This document shows positions 27,652 through 38,238 of a DNA stretch of 47,704 nucleotides, one piece after another. Under the pieces are notes generated by a model. The model searched no databases and was not told the DNA's origin. It saw nothing but the letters and a program-made list of their open reading frames with translations. Source of the stretch: a virus. Lineage: Duplodnaviria; Caudoviricetes. The stretch lies in the IMG/VR virus record IMGVR_UViG_3300031965_000049, positions 1 to 47,704 of that record; one strand, 5' to 3'. The position numbers were made by a program, and so were the translations under genes. How positions within the stretch are numbered: the first letter of the stretch is position 1; the number at the start of each line of letters is the position of its first letter.

Positions 27652-28265
27652 TAAAACGTATACATGAAATAACGCTAAGGGACATTCTCCTACTTGAGGA
27701 AACAAAATCGGCTGATCACTTCAAGCGGTTTTCATTCGTCCCGTTTTGGATTATTTCAAAACGCGTTGATCAGTTAGTAAGTGATATATTCAACAGAATC
27801 GGTGAAGATACAACAGATCAATTAATGGATAAGTTTGAGGAATTATTTGAGTACCGCAAATTGCAGATATTGGAAGCTCTTTATAACGCTGCATATTCCG
27901 CATTTTTCATGCAAGGTAACATAAACGTATTCAAAACATTAATAGATAAAGAGATAGTCGAAAACAAAGCATTGTCTACAATTGTCGAAAAAGTAAAGCA
28001 ATACACAGGAATCGAAATAAAAGAACCTGTCGATTTTGAGCGATTTTCAAAGAAGATAAATTTTCTAAAAGATAAATTTGAAGAACGGTATTCAAAAGCT
28101 CAAAAAAAAGAACAAAAGAAGCTGGATATTACAGAAATAATCTATTCGTATTTTCATTTCCTCAGTGAGCCTTTCAATGAAAAAATGCGATTCCTGACAT
28201 TCGTAACGATGAAAAAGCTCGCAGATCAGAAAATAAAGGACGAAAAAAATAAAGACAATGGCTAA
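27648..28265 (+). CDS. Hypothetical protein (possible tail assembly chaperone)
   Basis: 205 aa immediately before the tape measure gene. Confidence 0.55.
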   Translation: MIKRIHEITLRDILLLEETKSADHFKRFSFVPFWIISKRVDQLVSDIFNRIGEDTTDQLMDKFEELFEYRKLQILEALYNAAYSAFFMQGNINVFKTLIDKEIVENKALSTIVEKVKQYTGIEIKEPVDFERFSKKINFLKDKFEERYSKAQKKEQKKLDITEIIYSYFHFLSEPFNEKMRFLTFVTMKKLADQKIKDEKNKDNG

Positions 28266-30765
28266 TAGTAATGAAATAGGGCAAATCAAGCAGATTGATT
28301 CTGAATTAAACAAACTCAATGCGACGATTCAGAAAACAAGTGAGAACTATTTGACTGTTGTCAAGAGTATCGAAGATGGCAATAAGCGCATTAAAGATGC
28401 CGGCATTTCATTTCAAGTATTGAACACAGCGCAGAAGGAAACGACAAAGACAACTCAACAACTTGATGCGGTTGGAAAGCAACTGGCATCAAGCGAAGAG
28501 AAATTAAAACAAATACAGGATAAGCGGACCGAATCTATAGTTAAAAATCGGATTGAGACTCGGAATTCAACAAGGGAAATAAATCAAAAGATAAGAGCGC
28601 AACAGGCTGAAAAAGGAAGTATAGAACAGCTATCCGCGGTCAATTCAATACTTGAATCCCGACTTCGGAAAGTCAACTTATCAACAGAAGAAGGGCGTAA
28701 GAGAGCAGAACTATATCGATCTGCAATTAACCGGAATAATAAAACGATAAAGGACAATTCCAGCGCATTAGGCGCACAGCGGGTAAACGTAGGTAACTAC
28801 ACTGAATCGATAAAAGAAGCTTTTGCGCAGACCGGACTATTTGGGAAGCAGTTGCAAATATTGTCCAGTATTCAGCGGACAGTATCTAAACTTACAATTG
28901 CGCAGGCAACAGCGCAGGAAGCTGCTACGACTGCCACACTTGCAAGTTCTAAAGCCTTACAGATATTAAAAGTCGCCTTGATATCAACCGGGATTGGCGC
29001 CTTATTAGTTGCTCTGGGGTCATTGGTTGCTTTCTTTAAGGCGTCTGAAGAAGGGGCTACTGCACTGGCAAAGGTGCTTTCACCTTTTAAAATCCTATTT
29101 GGCAATTTAAAAGACCTGTTTATCGGCTTCGGCAAGTCATTGTATGATGCTTTTTCGGATCCGAAGCAGGCCGTATCAGATTTGTGGGAAGCGATAAAAA
29201 CCAATATTGTAAACCGTATAACCGGACTTATAAACACATTTGGTTTTTTGGGAAAGGCGATAAAGTCAGCGCTTGATTTAGATTTTGAGGGCGTAGAAGA
29301 AAACACAATAAAAGCCGGAGATGCAATAATACAAATAGTCACAGGAGTAGAGGATGCTTGGGGTAAGGCATCAAAGGCAGTTGGTGAGTTCATCGATGAA
29401 ACTAAAAAAGAAAATGAACAAAATATACAGTTGCAGGATAGCAAACTGGCACTTATTAAGAGGGAGCGAGAAGCAAAAATTGAACTTGCAAGGTTAGAAG
29501 TTGAAATACGAGATGCAAGATTAAAAGCATATGACGAGGAAAATCTTACAAATGAACAACGGCTTAAATTTGCAGAACAAGCACAGGAAGGAGTAAAAAG
29601 ACAGGTTGCTCTAGAAGATGAATTGGCGCAAAAAAGGTTTGAACATCAACAATTAGAAAACTCATTTTCTACAAGCTCACAGGATGATTTGGACAAAGAG
29701 GTTGAATTACAAGTCAACCTTATTAACGTGCAAGCAGAAGGAGCAAAGAAGCTAACCACTATCGAATCTTTCAAGCAAGGAATCTTACGTAAGATAGATT
29801 CTGAAAGACAGGCAGAAATTAAAGCGCATTCGGATGAAAGGATAGCTATTGCGGAGGGAGAAGATGAGATCCTAAAGGTTATGGCTAAAGAGTTCGACAA
29901 TTATCTTAAAGAATTAGGGGACAAAGAATTTGAGGACTTCAAGAAAAAAGAAAAGAAAAAACTTGAAGCTGCAAAAGAAAGAGCTGAAGCGGAGAAGGAG
30001 CTAGAACGAGATTTGCAGCGGGCAAAAGAGGAATTACTTGATATAGGTGTATCTACACTTTTCGATATAAACAGATCCGCTAATGAAGAGAAGATAGATC
30101 AATTGAATGAACAGAAAGAAAAAGAACTTGATAATAAAAATTTAACGGAAGAGCAAAAAGCAGCTATTGAAAAAAAATATGCAGATCAAGAAGAAAATTT
30201 ACGCAAAAAGCAAAAAACAGCAGATAAATTACAATCTGCAATTGAGGTAGGGATAAATGCAGCTAAGTCATTATTCCAGATTAAAGCAACTGCCGCGGTA
30301 CTGTTAGCAAACCCGATTACAGCCGCATTAGCGCCTCTGGCATTGGCTCAAATTCCATTTGTATTAGCATCTGCCGGAGTGGCATTAGCTGGAATAGCTG
30401 CTTATTCAAAAGGAACAAAGAATGCTGAAAAAAGATTCGTAGCTGGAGAGGATGGACGAGAGCTCTTAATGCTAAAATCTGGTGAAATGATCATGGCGGA
30501 TAAACCTACATATTTTGAAGGGAACAAATTCAAGGGCGCCCGGGTGTTTTCGAATGCTGAAACTGAAAAGATAATTGCATCAAATGATAGAAGTAGAACA
30601 GACATAAGCGTATACGCAGATGGGCAATTGTTAACAGAGATTAGAGGGCTTCGGAAAGATATGAAACGGCCTCGATACATTGTTTTAAATAAGCAAAAAG
30701 AAGCAGGAACATACCAATTTGCAGCTGAAAAAGAACGCATACTAAACAAAATGATAAATGGCTAA
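28258..30765 (+). CDS. Tail tape measure protein
   Basis: Long coiled coils; NVGNY; ALISTGIGALLVALGSLVAFF; Ala-rich hydrophobic C-terminal segment. Confidence 0.88.
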   Translation: MANSNEIGQIKQIDSELNKLNATIQKTSENYLTVVKSIEDGNKRIKDAGISFQVLNTAQKETTKTTQQLDAVGKQLASSEEKLKQIQDKRTESIVKNRIETRNSTREINQKIRAQQAEKGSIEQLSAVNSILESRLRKVNLSTEEGRKRAELYRSAINRNNKTIKDNSSALGAQRVNVGNYTESIKEAFAQTGLFGKQLQILSSIQRTVSKLTIAQATAQEAATTATLASSKALQILKVALISTGIGALLVALGSLVAFFKASEEGATALAKVLSPFKILFGNLKDLFIGFGKSLYDAFSDPKQAVSDLWEAIKTNIVNRITGLINTFGFLGKAIKSALDLDFEGVEENTIKAGDAIIQIVTGVEDAWGKASKAVGEFIDETKKENEQNIQLQDSKLALIKREREAKIELARLEVEIRDARLKAYDEENLTNEQRLKFAEQAQEGVKRQVALEDELAQKRFEHQQLENSFSTSSQDDLDKEVELQVNLINVQAEGAKKLTTIESFKQGILRKIDSERQAEIKAHSDERIAIAEGEDEILKVMAKEFDNYLKELGDKEFEDFKKKEKKKLEAAKERAEAEKELERDLQRAKEELLDIGVSTLFDINRSANEEKIDQLNEQKEKELDNKNLTEEQKAAIEKKYADQEENLRKKQKTADKLQSAIEVGINAAKSLFQIKATAAVLLANPITAALAPLALAQIPFVLASAGVALAGIAAYSKGTKNAEKRFVAGEDGRELLMLKSGEMIMADKPTYFEGNKFKGARVFSNAETEKIIASNDRSRTDISVYADGQLLTEIRGLRKDMKRPRYIVLNKQKEAGTYQFAAEKERILNKMING

Positions 30766-32974
30766 AGATTTTACAAAAATATCAAATACACCGCCACGAT
30801 ATCGGTTCAAACTATCGTCTATCGACGGCGGTGATGGTCGGGAGTTGGTGTTAAATAATTCGCCACTTGAATGGGAAAGCTCGAAATTGGAGATAGAAAG
30901 GCGGATGGATGTAGGCGGCGTCTTTGTCAATTACAACATCACAAGCCTGACATTCATTAAGGAAGGGTTTCAGTTTATCAAAAGTCTGTTTGATCAATAC
31001 GAATTGAATGCAAAGTGTGATTTGTACGTTTATGAATTTGATTTTAGCACACGATTGTACAACCAATTCCCCGCCGCATTTGCGCTAAATTTTAGCACGT
31101 ACAAATTAGTAAAATCATCAAGAACTGACATACAATCAGCGGTCAATATAAAAGCTGTAAATAGCTCCGAAATGTCTAAATTTGATAATCGGAAGGATAT
31201 AGATGTTGATTTAACAAAGCTTGTTTCGGTCGGGGGGTTTGACCTTATCGACTGGACTGATTTAAAATCAAACATAAATACACCTGAGGTTTCGATTATT
31301 AATTTTGGAAAAATCTCAACTCAGCCTTTTTATTATAGCCCTTTTAGTGACTTTTTTTTCAAAAATACATGGTATAAATTGTCAAAGGTTAGGAATCGCT
31401 ATTCATTTGTGACTATACCTACCAATACAATTTCATCCGATTTTGTTGAAATGAAAAACATGGTCTATCAGACCGGAATAGCAGTTCGAGAATATGAAAC
31501 AGATCCGTTATCTGTGCCTATTGATGCCTCTGCTGTTCCCTTTTTTGACAATGCATTGTTTAACTATGTTGACATAAAAATAGATATAAACATTGCCGTA
31601 ATGGTAACTGACAAGCATAGTTTTAACGTGTATTATCCTTCACTTATAAGGACTGATTCCGATAGAAATATGCTTGAAAAAATTGAGCTGATAGGCTTTG
31701 GTAGTGAAAAGACAGAATTCACATCTACATTTAGCAACACAATATCAATAGATATTGGCGAAAAGCTTTTTTTTATGACTCAAGTTAATGGTACAGATGA
31801 CATTGAAGCTTTCATGGCTGTGCCATTTGTCCAAATTACTCAAGAGATAGTAACAACTGAATCAAGAACTATTCAGTCGCTGCCAATTTATGAGGCGTTA
31901 GAGCGGAATTTGCAACTTATCCTTGATAAACAATTCCCATTTTATTCTGAATATCTAGGACGGTTAGACACTCCATACAATCTGGCAGGATCGACATATC
32001 TAAGTGAGGATTCTACTAGATTTCTGAATGTCATGTCTGGACTTAATATAAGGGGCGGGCTATTGCATGATGACAATGTCCCAGTGCCTTCAAATTTCAA
32101 AGACCTATTCCATGCCGCTAATTCAATTTACAATCTTGGTTATACATTTGAAGAAATTGAATCAGTAATGCGGCTTAGAATCGAGAATTATAGCTATTTC
32201 TTTCAGGATGAAATAATTTTAGATATTTCAACTCAAATATCTCAATTAGATATTCAAAGTGAGGTATTGCCTGAACTTGCATACCTTGACATCCAGACCG
32301 GTTATAAAAAGTACGAATATGAGGAAATAAATGGAAGAGGCGAGTTTAACACAACAAACAAGCGTACGTCAATCATAAATACAGATACAAAGTTTGACAA
32401 TGTGAGCAAGGTTAGAGCCGATTCTAAAGGGATTTTTGTTCTTCTTGACAGCCCGATTGAAACTACAGGCAGTACGGATGTGAGCGGTGACAATGAGCTG
32501 TTTTTTATTAAAACACAACGGGATTCATCAGCATGGAAACCGGAGAAAGAAGAGATAATACAAATCATTGATAATAGTTCGATATTTGGTTCCGACACGT
32601 TTAACCTGTATATCACACCAACCAGGAATCTATTGCGGCACGGGAGTAAGCTAAAAACCTCGCTTGTAAAATACGATAGTAGTTATCTACGCTTTCAGAC
32701 TTCTGACAAATTGCAGACTTTAGAAACGACAGGTGAGGGGTATCAGATCCGTGAAAATGCGGATATATTGGTTGCACAATTGACTGATCCGATTTATAAA
32801 CCGATCGCACATACGGTAAGTTTGAAATTATCATTCGATCAGCGGAATACATTACTTTCAAATCCGCTAAAAAGAATTAAATTTACTGAAACAATATCCG
32901 GATGGATTTTGAAGTATTCCAGGAAAAACAATGAGGATAAAGTTGAAATAACAATAATTGAGAAGTATGTATAA
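30758..32974 (+). CDS. Tail structural protein
   Basis: 738 aa after the tape measure gene. Confidence 0.7.
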   Translation: MAKDFTKISNTPPRYRFKLSSIDGGDGRELVLNNSPLEWESSKLEIERRMDVGGVFVNYNITSLTFIKEGFQFIKSLFDQYELNAKCDLYVYEFDFSTRLYNQFPAAFALNFSTYKLVKSSRTDIQSAVNIKAVNSSEMSKFDNRKDIDVDLTKLVSVGGFDLIDWTDLKSNINTPEVSIINFGKISTQPFYYSPFSDFFFKNTWYKLSKVRNRYSFVTIPTNTISSDFVEMKNMVYQTGIAVREYETDPLSVPIDASAVPFFDNALFNYVDIKIDINIAVMVTDKHSFNVYYPSLIRTDSDRNMLEKIELIGFGSEKTEFTSTFSNTISIDIGEKLFFMTQVNGTDDIEAFMAVPFVQITQEIVTTESRTIQSLPIYEALERNLQLILDKQFPFYSEYLGRLDTPYNLAGSTYLSEDSTRFLNVMSGLNIRGGLLHDDNVPVPSNFKDLFHAANSIYNLGYTFEEIESVMRLRIENYSYFFQDEIILDISTQISQLDIQSEVLPELAYLDIQTGYKKYEYEEINGRGEFNTTNKRTSIINTDTKFDNVSKVRADSKGIFVLLDSPIETTGSTDVSGDNELFFIKTQRDSSAWKPEKEEIIQIIDNSSIFGSDTFNLYITPTRNLLRHGSKLKTSLVKYDSSYLRFQTSDKLQTLETTGEGYQIRENADILVAQLTDPIYKPIAHTVSLKLSFDQRNTLLSNPLKRIKFTETISGWILKYSRKNNEDKVEITIIEKYV

Positions 32975-33164
32975 ATTTGAGCCTTTATTCAAAATCGGTG
33001 ATCATGTATTTCATGCTACGAAAGAAAGCGATGAAGGGATAATCATAAACATTACTTACAATGTCCGTCAACGTGCTATTCAGTATGAGGTGATGTTTGG
33101 CCGGATGGACGCGGATGATGTATGGTGCTATGAAGAAGAATTAAGCGATACTAAAAGATACTGA
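32967..33164 (+). CDS. Small beta-barrel-like hypothetical protein
   Basis: FKIGDHVFH..G.I..YEV..W..EEEL pattern. Confidence 0.65.
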   Translation: MYKFEPLFKIGDHVFHATKESDEGIIINITYNVRQRAIQYEVMFGRMDADDVWCYEEELSDTKRY

Positions 33165-33166
33165 CT

Positions 33167-34345
33167 ATGTTAGTTAGCTCAATTTTAAATACAGTTTCTT
33201 TTAAAGACATATCGGGCAGCTTTCCGAACAGGCATAACACGCTGTACAATGATCGTAAAATAGGCGGGTTGACATTGAAGAAATATTTTCAAAAATTCAA
33301 TAATGCCGATTCGATTTATCTTCAATTTAGTTCAGATGTTGCAACAGTTCCAACTTTACGAAGTTATTTATATGAAACAACGATTCAAAATACAGCAATA
33401 GCCGGGTCCCTTGTTAGTTCATACTCAGGGGTTGATGATCGCTATTATTTCAATTTCGAGATTAGTCTTGATTCTAACTACAACAACAAAACGTTGTATT
33501 TCAAATGCTTTCAGGGGTCAGATACATTAACAAGTGAGCCTATGTGCGTTTCTGATTATTCAGATGAAATATCAAGAGGTGATTTGAAAAAAATTCAGTA
33601 TGCTAATCTTGATATCAATTCATTTTCAGATTCATATTTTATTGACTGGACTGCCCTTGATTACATGTATTTCTATGTTGAGGCAATCGATGAATATAAG
33701 TCGGATGGATCGCTTGATAATTTTGAGGATGTAGATCAGAAGATAAATATTGCATCAAAATTATTCGGGGGATTGACACTCAAAACTGGCGGCATACCTG
33801 ACTATTTAGCAGAAAAGATAATTGCCGCGTCAATGCTCGATTTATTTACGATAAATGATATTCAGTACATCGCGAATAAAGTTGGTGAACCTGAAATTTA
33901 CGGCAATAGCACTTTATTTCAACTTTCTCTTGATTTGACGGAGACCCACACAGTCGGTCTTAATTCAGATGATTTAGGTATTATAGTAACTACAAATACA
34001 GAAGATGTGATACAAGTTAAGAAAAATTCAAACGTAACCGGTGGTGGATGGCAGGTTGAAAACCCAGAAGGTTTCATGCTTCATTCTGTGCAGATAAAAC
34101 ACAATGTTGCAAGTGCCGCAGCAATCGCTACAGTCAAATGCGGCACAAGCATTGCCGGAGATGACATAATTGATGAAATACAAGGGGAGGTTGCAAAAGC
34201 CGATTATCAGAATAAATTTAAAAATTATTCGATCCATTTCCTAAAAACAGATACGACCGCTTATAACCTGTATTTCACAGTATCAGGAGCCGGAGCCGAC
34301 TTAACTATTATATGTAATTTTGACACGATAACACCTAATAACTAA
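33167..34345 (+). CDS. Tail structural protein
   Basis: 392 aa in the tail module. Confidence 0.65.
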   Translation: MLVSSILNTVSFKDISGSFPNRHNTLYNDRKIGGLTLKKYFQKFNNADSIYLQFSSDVATVPTLRSYLYETTIQNTAIAGSLVSSYSGVDDRYYFNFEISLDSNYNNKTLYFKCFQGSDTLTSEPMCVSDYSDEISRGDLKKIQYANLDINSFSDSYFIDWTALDYMYFYVEAIDEYKSDGSLDNFEDVDQKINIASKLFGGLTLKTGGIPDYLAEKIIAASMLDLFTINDIQYIANKVGEPEIYGNSTLFQLSLDLTETHTVGLNSDDLGIIVTTNTEDVIQVKKNSNVTGGGWQVENPEGFMLHSVQIKHNVASAAAIATVKCGTSIAGDDIIDEIQGEVAKADYQNKFKNYSIHFLKTDTTAYNLYFTVSGAGADLTIICNFDTITPNN

Positions 34346-34349
34346 TACA

Positions 34350-37300
34350 ATGAAAAGGATATTAATATCTATAATTTTAGCTTCTGTATCAATTTTGGGA
34401 TATTCTCAAGCGACAGACATAAATGTCAGGAATATGAAGCTTGAAAATCGAATTTATTCGAATAAATCAGGCAGCATTGATACATTAATCGCACCAGGGG
34501 CAATCGCGGGGGAATATGAATTCAAAAATCTTGCTGATCCTATTGATTCACTTGATGCAGTTAATTTGAGATATTTCAATCAACATGCCCTTGGCAGCCC
34601 TACCGATTCAGTCGTTTTCAATCCTATCTATCCTGATCAGGTAACCGCTCGTGAGGGTAAAATATACTACGACACTTTAAAACATGCGTTAACATATTTC
34701 ACAGAAAGTCCTACCCTTAACTTAAATTTAGGGCAGGAGGGCGTAAAGCGAGCATTAAATAATACAGGGCAAATAATTCCTAATAATACGCCTGTTTACC
34801 TGTCATCCGGAATGTTTGAAATTGCGGATTGTACGACTTATGAGACATCCAGATTAATAGGCATAACAACAGAAGAAATTGGAATCGGAGAATATGGTTA
34901 TGCGACACTGTGGGGTGATCAAACCGGTGATTTTGTTTCGTTAGGATTTGCGGAAGGTGATGACATTTATTTAGGCGTTGGCGAGCTGGTGAATGTGCCA
35001 CCTTCGAATGGGCAATATGTGGTTTATATCGGTGAGATTCAAAATGACACGACGCTATTTGTAGACCCTAACGTGAATCAATACACCGCGGAAACAATAA
35101 GCATTACAGGATTTAATAGTTCGTCTGATTTATATACGATAATAACATGGGATAACGCTAATCGGCGGGTGAAAATTGAGCCTACAACAGGAAGTGATTT
35201 TTATTATTACGAGAAAGGCATTAAATACATAACAGGACCGGATAGCTTACAGATTTCAGATGTTGAAGGCGTTCACTTTATTCACTTTGATGGTGATCAG
35301 ATGACCGAAATAGTTAATCCAACAAATGACGAGACAATCCACATTTACGAAAATCACGCATCGATCTGTAAAATTTACTGGTCAGTATCAGCGGCTCAAG
35401 CCATATACATAGGGAATCAGCGGCATACAATTAAGTCGCCACCCAGATTCATCGCATATACTTACGACACTGACGGATGTAGAATTTCTGACGGATGCGC
35501 TTTAACTTCGATTATTTCAGACGGGAATGGATCGTTAGATTCGCATGCGCAATTTGGTGTTGCATCTGGGTCGCTTTGGAATCAGGATATAAAAACTTCT
35601 ACATCTACGATTGTATCTACTGCCGGACTTGACGCATATTACAAAACAGGCGTTGACGGCAACTGGTTATTATCACGAACCACATTCCCCCTGATTACTA
35701 CAGGTACAGGGCGAATGGCGTATAATCAATACGCAGGGGGGGCATGGCAACTGACAGAGGCAGTTAATAACAGTTATGTATTAATGCACGTTATTGCGTC
35801 AAATAATATAGATACAGGTACAGGAGAAGAATACGCTGTAATTTTAGGTCAAAATAATTATACAACTTTAACCTCAGCACAAGCGGCTGCAGAACAAGAG
35901 GCTTTTGATATTTTGTACGGTCAAATCCCGGTTAAGGATGTTGCGTTAATTGGTACTGTAATTTTCAATACGGCTGACGTTCTTACCAATTCGGTTAATG
36001 CAAAAATTATAGCAACTTCTGACGGTGATGATTACATAGATTTGCGGTTTTCAACAGGCGTTGGCGGTGGTACTTCAACATCATCGATTGCTTTTCTTGA
36101 TCTGAATGATACGCCATCTTCGTACGCAAGTCAGGCGTTAAAGCTTGCTCGAGTAAATGCGGGGGAGAGTGCACTTGAATTTACGGCAACATCTGCAATC
36201 AATGTTGGTGATTTCAATGATGACGGGACATATATGGATAATGCAAGTCATAACCCTCTAGGGCTTACAGGACAGTATGTTGATGCAACGTCTGCTCAAA
36301 CACTTATCAACAAAACTATTGACAGCCCGGCTATTACTGATTTTAGTTTGTCGCAACATGATCACAGTTCGACAAACGAGGGCGGTTTGATAAATTCCGA
36401 TGACATTACAGAAGGATCGAGCAACCTATTTTCACAGTGGACAGAATCATCAGGCAACATATACAGAATGACTGGCAATGTTGGAGTCGGTGGAATACCT
36501 TCGACGAAGCTTGACGTTGTAGGCGGAACGAAAACACAGACGTTAAATGTAACTAACTCGATTTCATTCGACGGACTTACACTGACGGATATAACAACAG
36601 GAGCTAGCGATAACGGTATGCTTGTGACAAAAGGATATGTTGATGATGCTATTACGTCGGCGGGAGGTTACACAAATGAAGATGCACAGGATGCAGTTGG
36701 GACGATCCTAGATAATGGACTGGTCGGTGATATTGTTTTCACGTATGATGATGCGACACCGGCAATCTCAGGGGATGTCGAAGATGATTCTCATAATCAC
36801 ACAGGTGCGACCATTTCAGGGCTTGGTGTATCTGATTTCTCAAGTTCGAACATATCGCAGTGGACAAATGATTCAGGGTATATTACAAGTAGTTTTTCAT
36901 TAACAGGTGATTTATCGGGGACATTAGCTTCTCCAGCTGTTGTTGATGATTCACATAATCATGTGATTTCAAATGTTGATGGATTACAAGACTCACTTAC
37001 TGCCAAACAAGCGACATTATCCGGCACAGGGCTGGTGAAATCAACTGCTGGGACGATCAGTTACGTTGGAGACAATTCGGGGGATTGGAATACAGCTTAT
37101 TCAGACCGGTTAAAGTGGGATGGGGGAGCTACTGGATTAGTTGCTGCGACAGGACGTACAAGTTTAGGAGCAACAACAGTAGGGAGTAATGTATTCACTT
37201 CAACTAATCCATCTGCGGTCCGTTACTTACGTGCGAATGCTGATAATACAGTTAGTTGGTTAGATTCGGCAACATTTAAGAACGCAATAGGCGCAGACTT

Positions 37301-38189
37301 CACCGCCAGTAATGGGGTTGAAATAGTCGATAATGTAATTAAACCAGGCGGCACGGTCTCCACATCGTGGGACATTGAGTTTAGCGGGACTGGATTTGAT
37401 TTTCATAACCCAACATGGGATAATTATCTATTATATGACCCATCTATCGGGCAACTTCAGAGCTACCAATATAGTGACGGTGACTATTCAGTTGAATTTG
37501 AGTCAAGTAAGGATTATGTAACTTTGTTTTCAAATGATCTTGCTAAGAGCACTTATACAGGGCTATCAGGAGCTTTAACTTCGGCTAGATATCCGCATAC
37601 CTCTGTATATTCGGGATGGGCGAGTGAGGATAATGACATTAGAGTAAGGGCATCTTTAAAGGTAAATGTAGACACTATTTATGATGATCCTGCGAAAAAC
37701 GTCCCCTACGAAAACGGCACTTCATTGGAATTTTACAAGTGGAATTACGGTGATTCTGCGAATGTTTCACAAGTGCATCTGAATTCAGATACCATAAAAC
37801 TATATGTATACACTAGGACTCACCCGACAATGGGTACGATTACTAGTTCGCGCAAAGTATTATTTGAGAAAAACAAACTCTTACAATATGAATCTTGGCT
37901 TCACTCTCAGTTGGGTGACAACACCCTAGTTCCAAGAAACTATGTAGACAACCTAAACAAATACGGCATATCAGTCAACGAAACGCCTGATGGCATAATT
38001 ACAAATTTTACGCTCCCTTGGGAAATCTACTCATCGGAAACGGTTCGGGTATATGTCAGCGGTTTGCGCATGAAGATGGATGTTGATTATGCGGTTAGCC
38101 TGGAAAATAATCAAATCATTTTCACAGATCCTCCGGTTGTGGGCGAATCAATCGTAATCGATCTAATGACAACAGGTAATACATTTTAG
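34350..38189 (+). CDS. Mosaic tail-fibre-like protein with a signal-peptide-like N-terminus
   Basis: 1279 aa; fibre motifs DPIDSLDAVNLRY, QTLINKTI, GNVGVG, VTKGYVD, DDSHNH x2, RTSLGA. Confidence 0.8.
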   Translation: MKRILISIILASVSILGYSQATDINVRNMKLENRIYSNKSGSIDTLIAPGAIAGEYEFKNLADPIDSLDAVNLRYFNQHALGSPTDSVVFNPIYPDQVTAREGKIYYDTLKHALTYFTESPTLNLNLGQEGVKRALNNTGQIIPNNTPVYLSSGMFEIADCTTYETSRLIGITTEEIGIGEYGYATLWGDQTGDFVSLGFAEGDDIYLGVGELVNVPPSNGQYVVYIGEIQNDTTLFVDPNVNQYTAETISITGFNSSSDLYTIITWDNANRRVKIEPTTGSDFYYYEKGIKYITGPDSLQISDVEGVHFIHFDGDQMTEIVNPTNDETIHIYENHASICKIYWSVSAAQAIYIGNQRHTIKSPPRFIAYTYDTDGCRISDGCALTSIISDGNGSLDSHAQFGVASGSLWNQDIKTSTSTIVSTAGLDAYYKTGVDGNWLLSRTTFPLITTGTGRMAYNQYAGGAWQLTEAVNNSYVLMHVIASNNIDTGTGEEYAVILGQNNYTTLTSAQAAAEQEAFDILYGQIPVKDVALIGTVIFNTADVLTNSVNAKIIATSDGDDYIDLRFSTGVGGGTSTSSIAFLDLNDTPSSYASQALKLARVNAGESALEFTATSAINVGDFNDDGTYMDNASHNPLGLTGQYVDATSAQTLINKTIDSPAITDFSLSQHDHSSTNEGGLINSDDITEGSSNLFSQWTESSGNIYRMTGNVGVGGIPSTKLDVVGGTKTQTLNVTNSISFDGLTLTDITTGASDNGMLVTKGYVDDAITSAGGYTNEDAQDAVGTILDNGLVGDIVFTYDDATPAISGDVEDDSHNHTGATISGLGVSDFSSSNISQWTNDSGYITSSFSLTGDLSGTLASPAVVDDSHNHVISNVDGLQDSLTAKQATLSGTGLVKSTAGTISYVGDNSGDWNTAYSDRLKWDGGATGLVAATGRTSLGATTVGSNVFTSTNPSAVRYLRANADNTVSWLDSATFKNAIGADFTASNGVEIVDNVIKPGGTVSTSWDIEFSGTGFDFHNPTWDNYLLYDPSIGQLQSYQYSDGDYSVEFESSKDYVTLFSNDLAKSTYTGLSGALTSARYPHTSVYSGWASEDNDIRVRASLKVNVDTIYDDPAKNVPYENGTSLEFYKWNYGDSANVSQVHLNSDTIKLYVYTRTHPTMGTITSSRKVLFEKNKLLQYESWLHSQLGDNTLVPRNYVDNLNKYGISVNETPDGIITNFTLPWEIYSSETVRVYVSGLRMKMDVDYAVSLENNQIIFTDPPVVGESIVIDLMTTGNTF

Positions 38190-38238
38190 TATATGACAAC
38201 AAAAATTAAAGTTTAGTATATGACAACAAAAATTAAAG
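38185..38238. repeat. 27-bp perfect tandem duplication
   Basis: tttagtatatgacaacaaaaattaaag x2. Confidence 0.95.
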
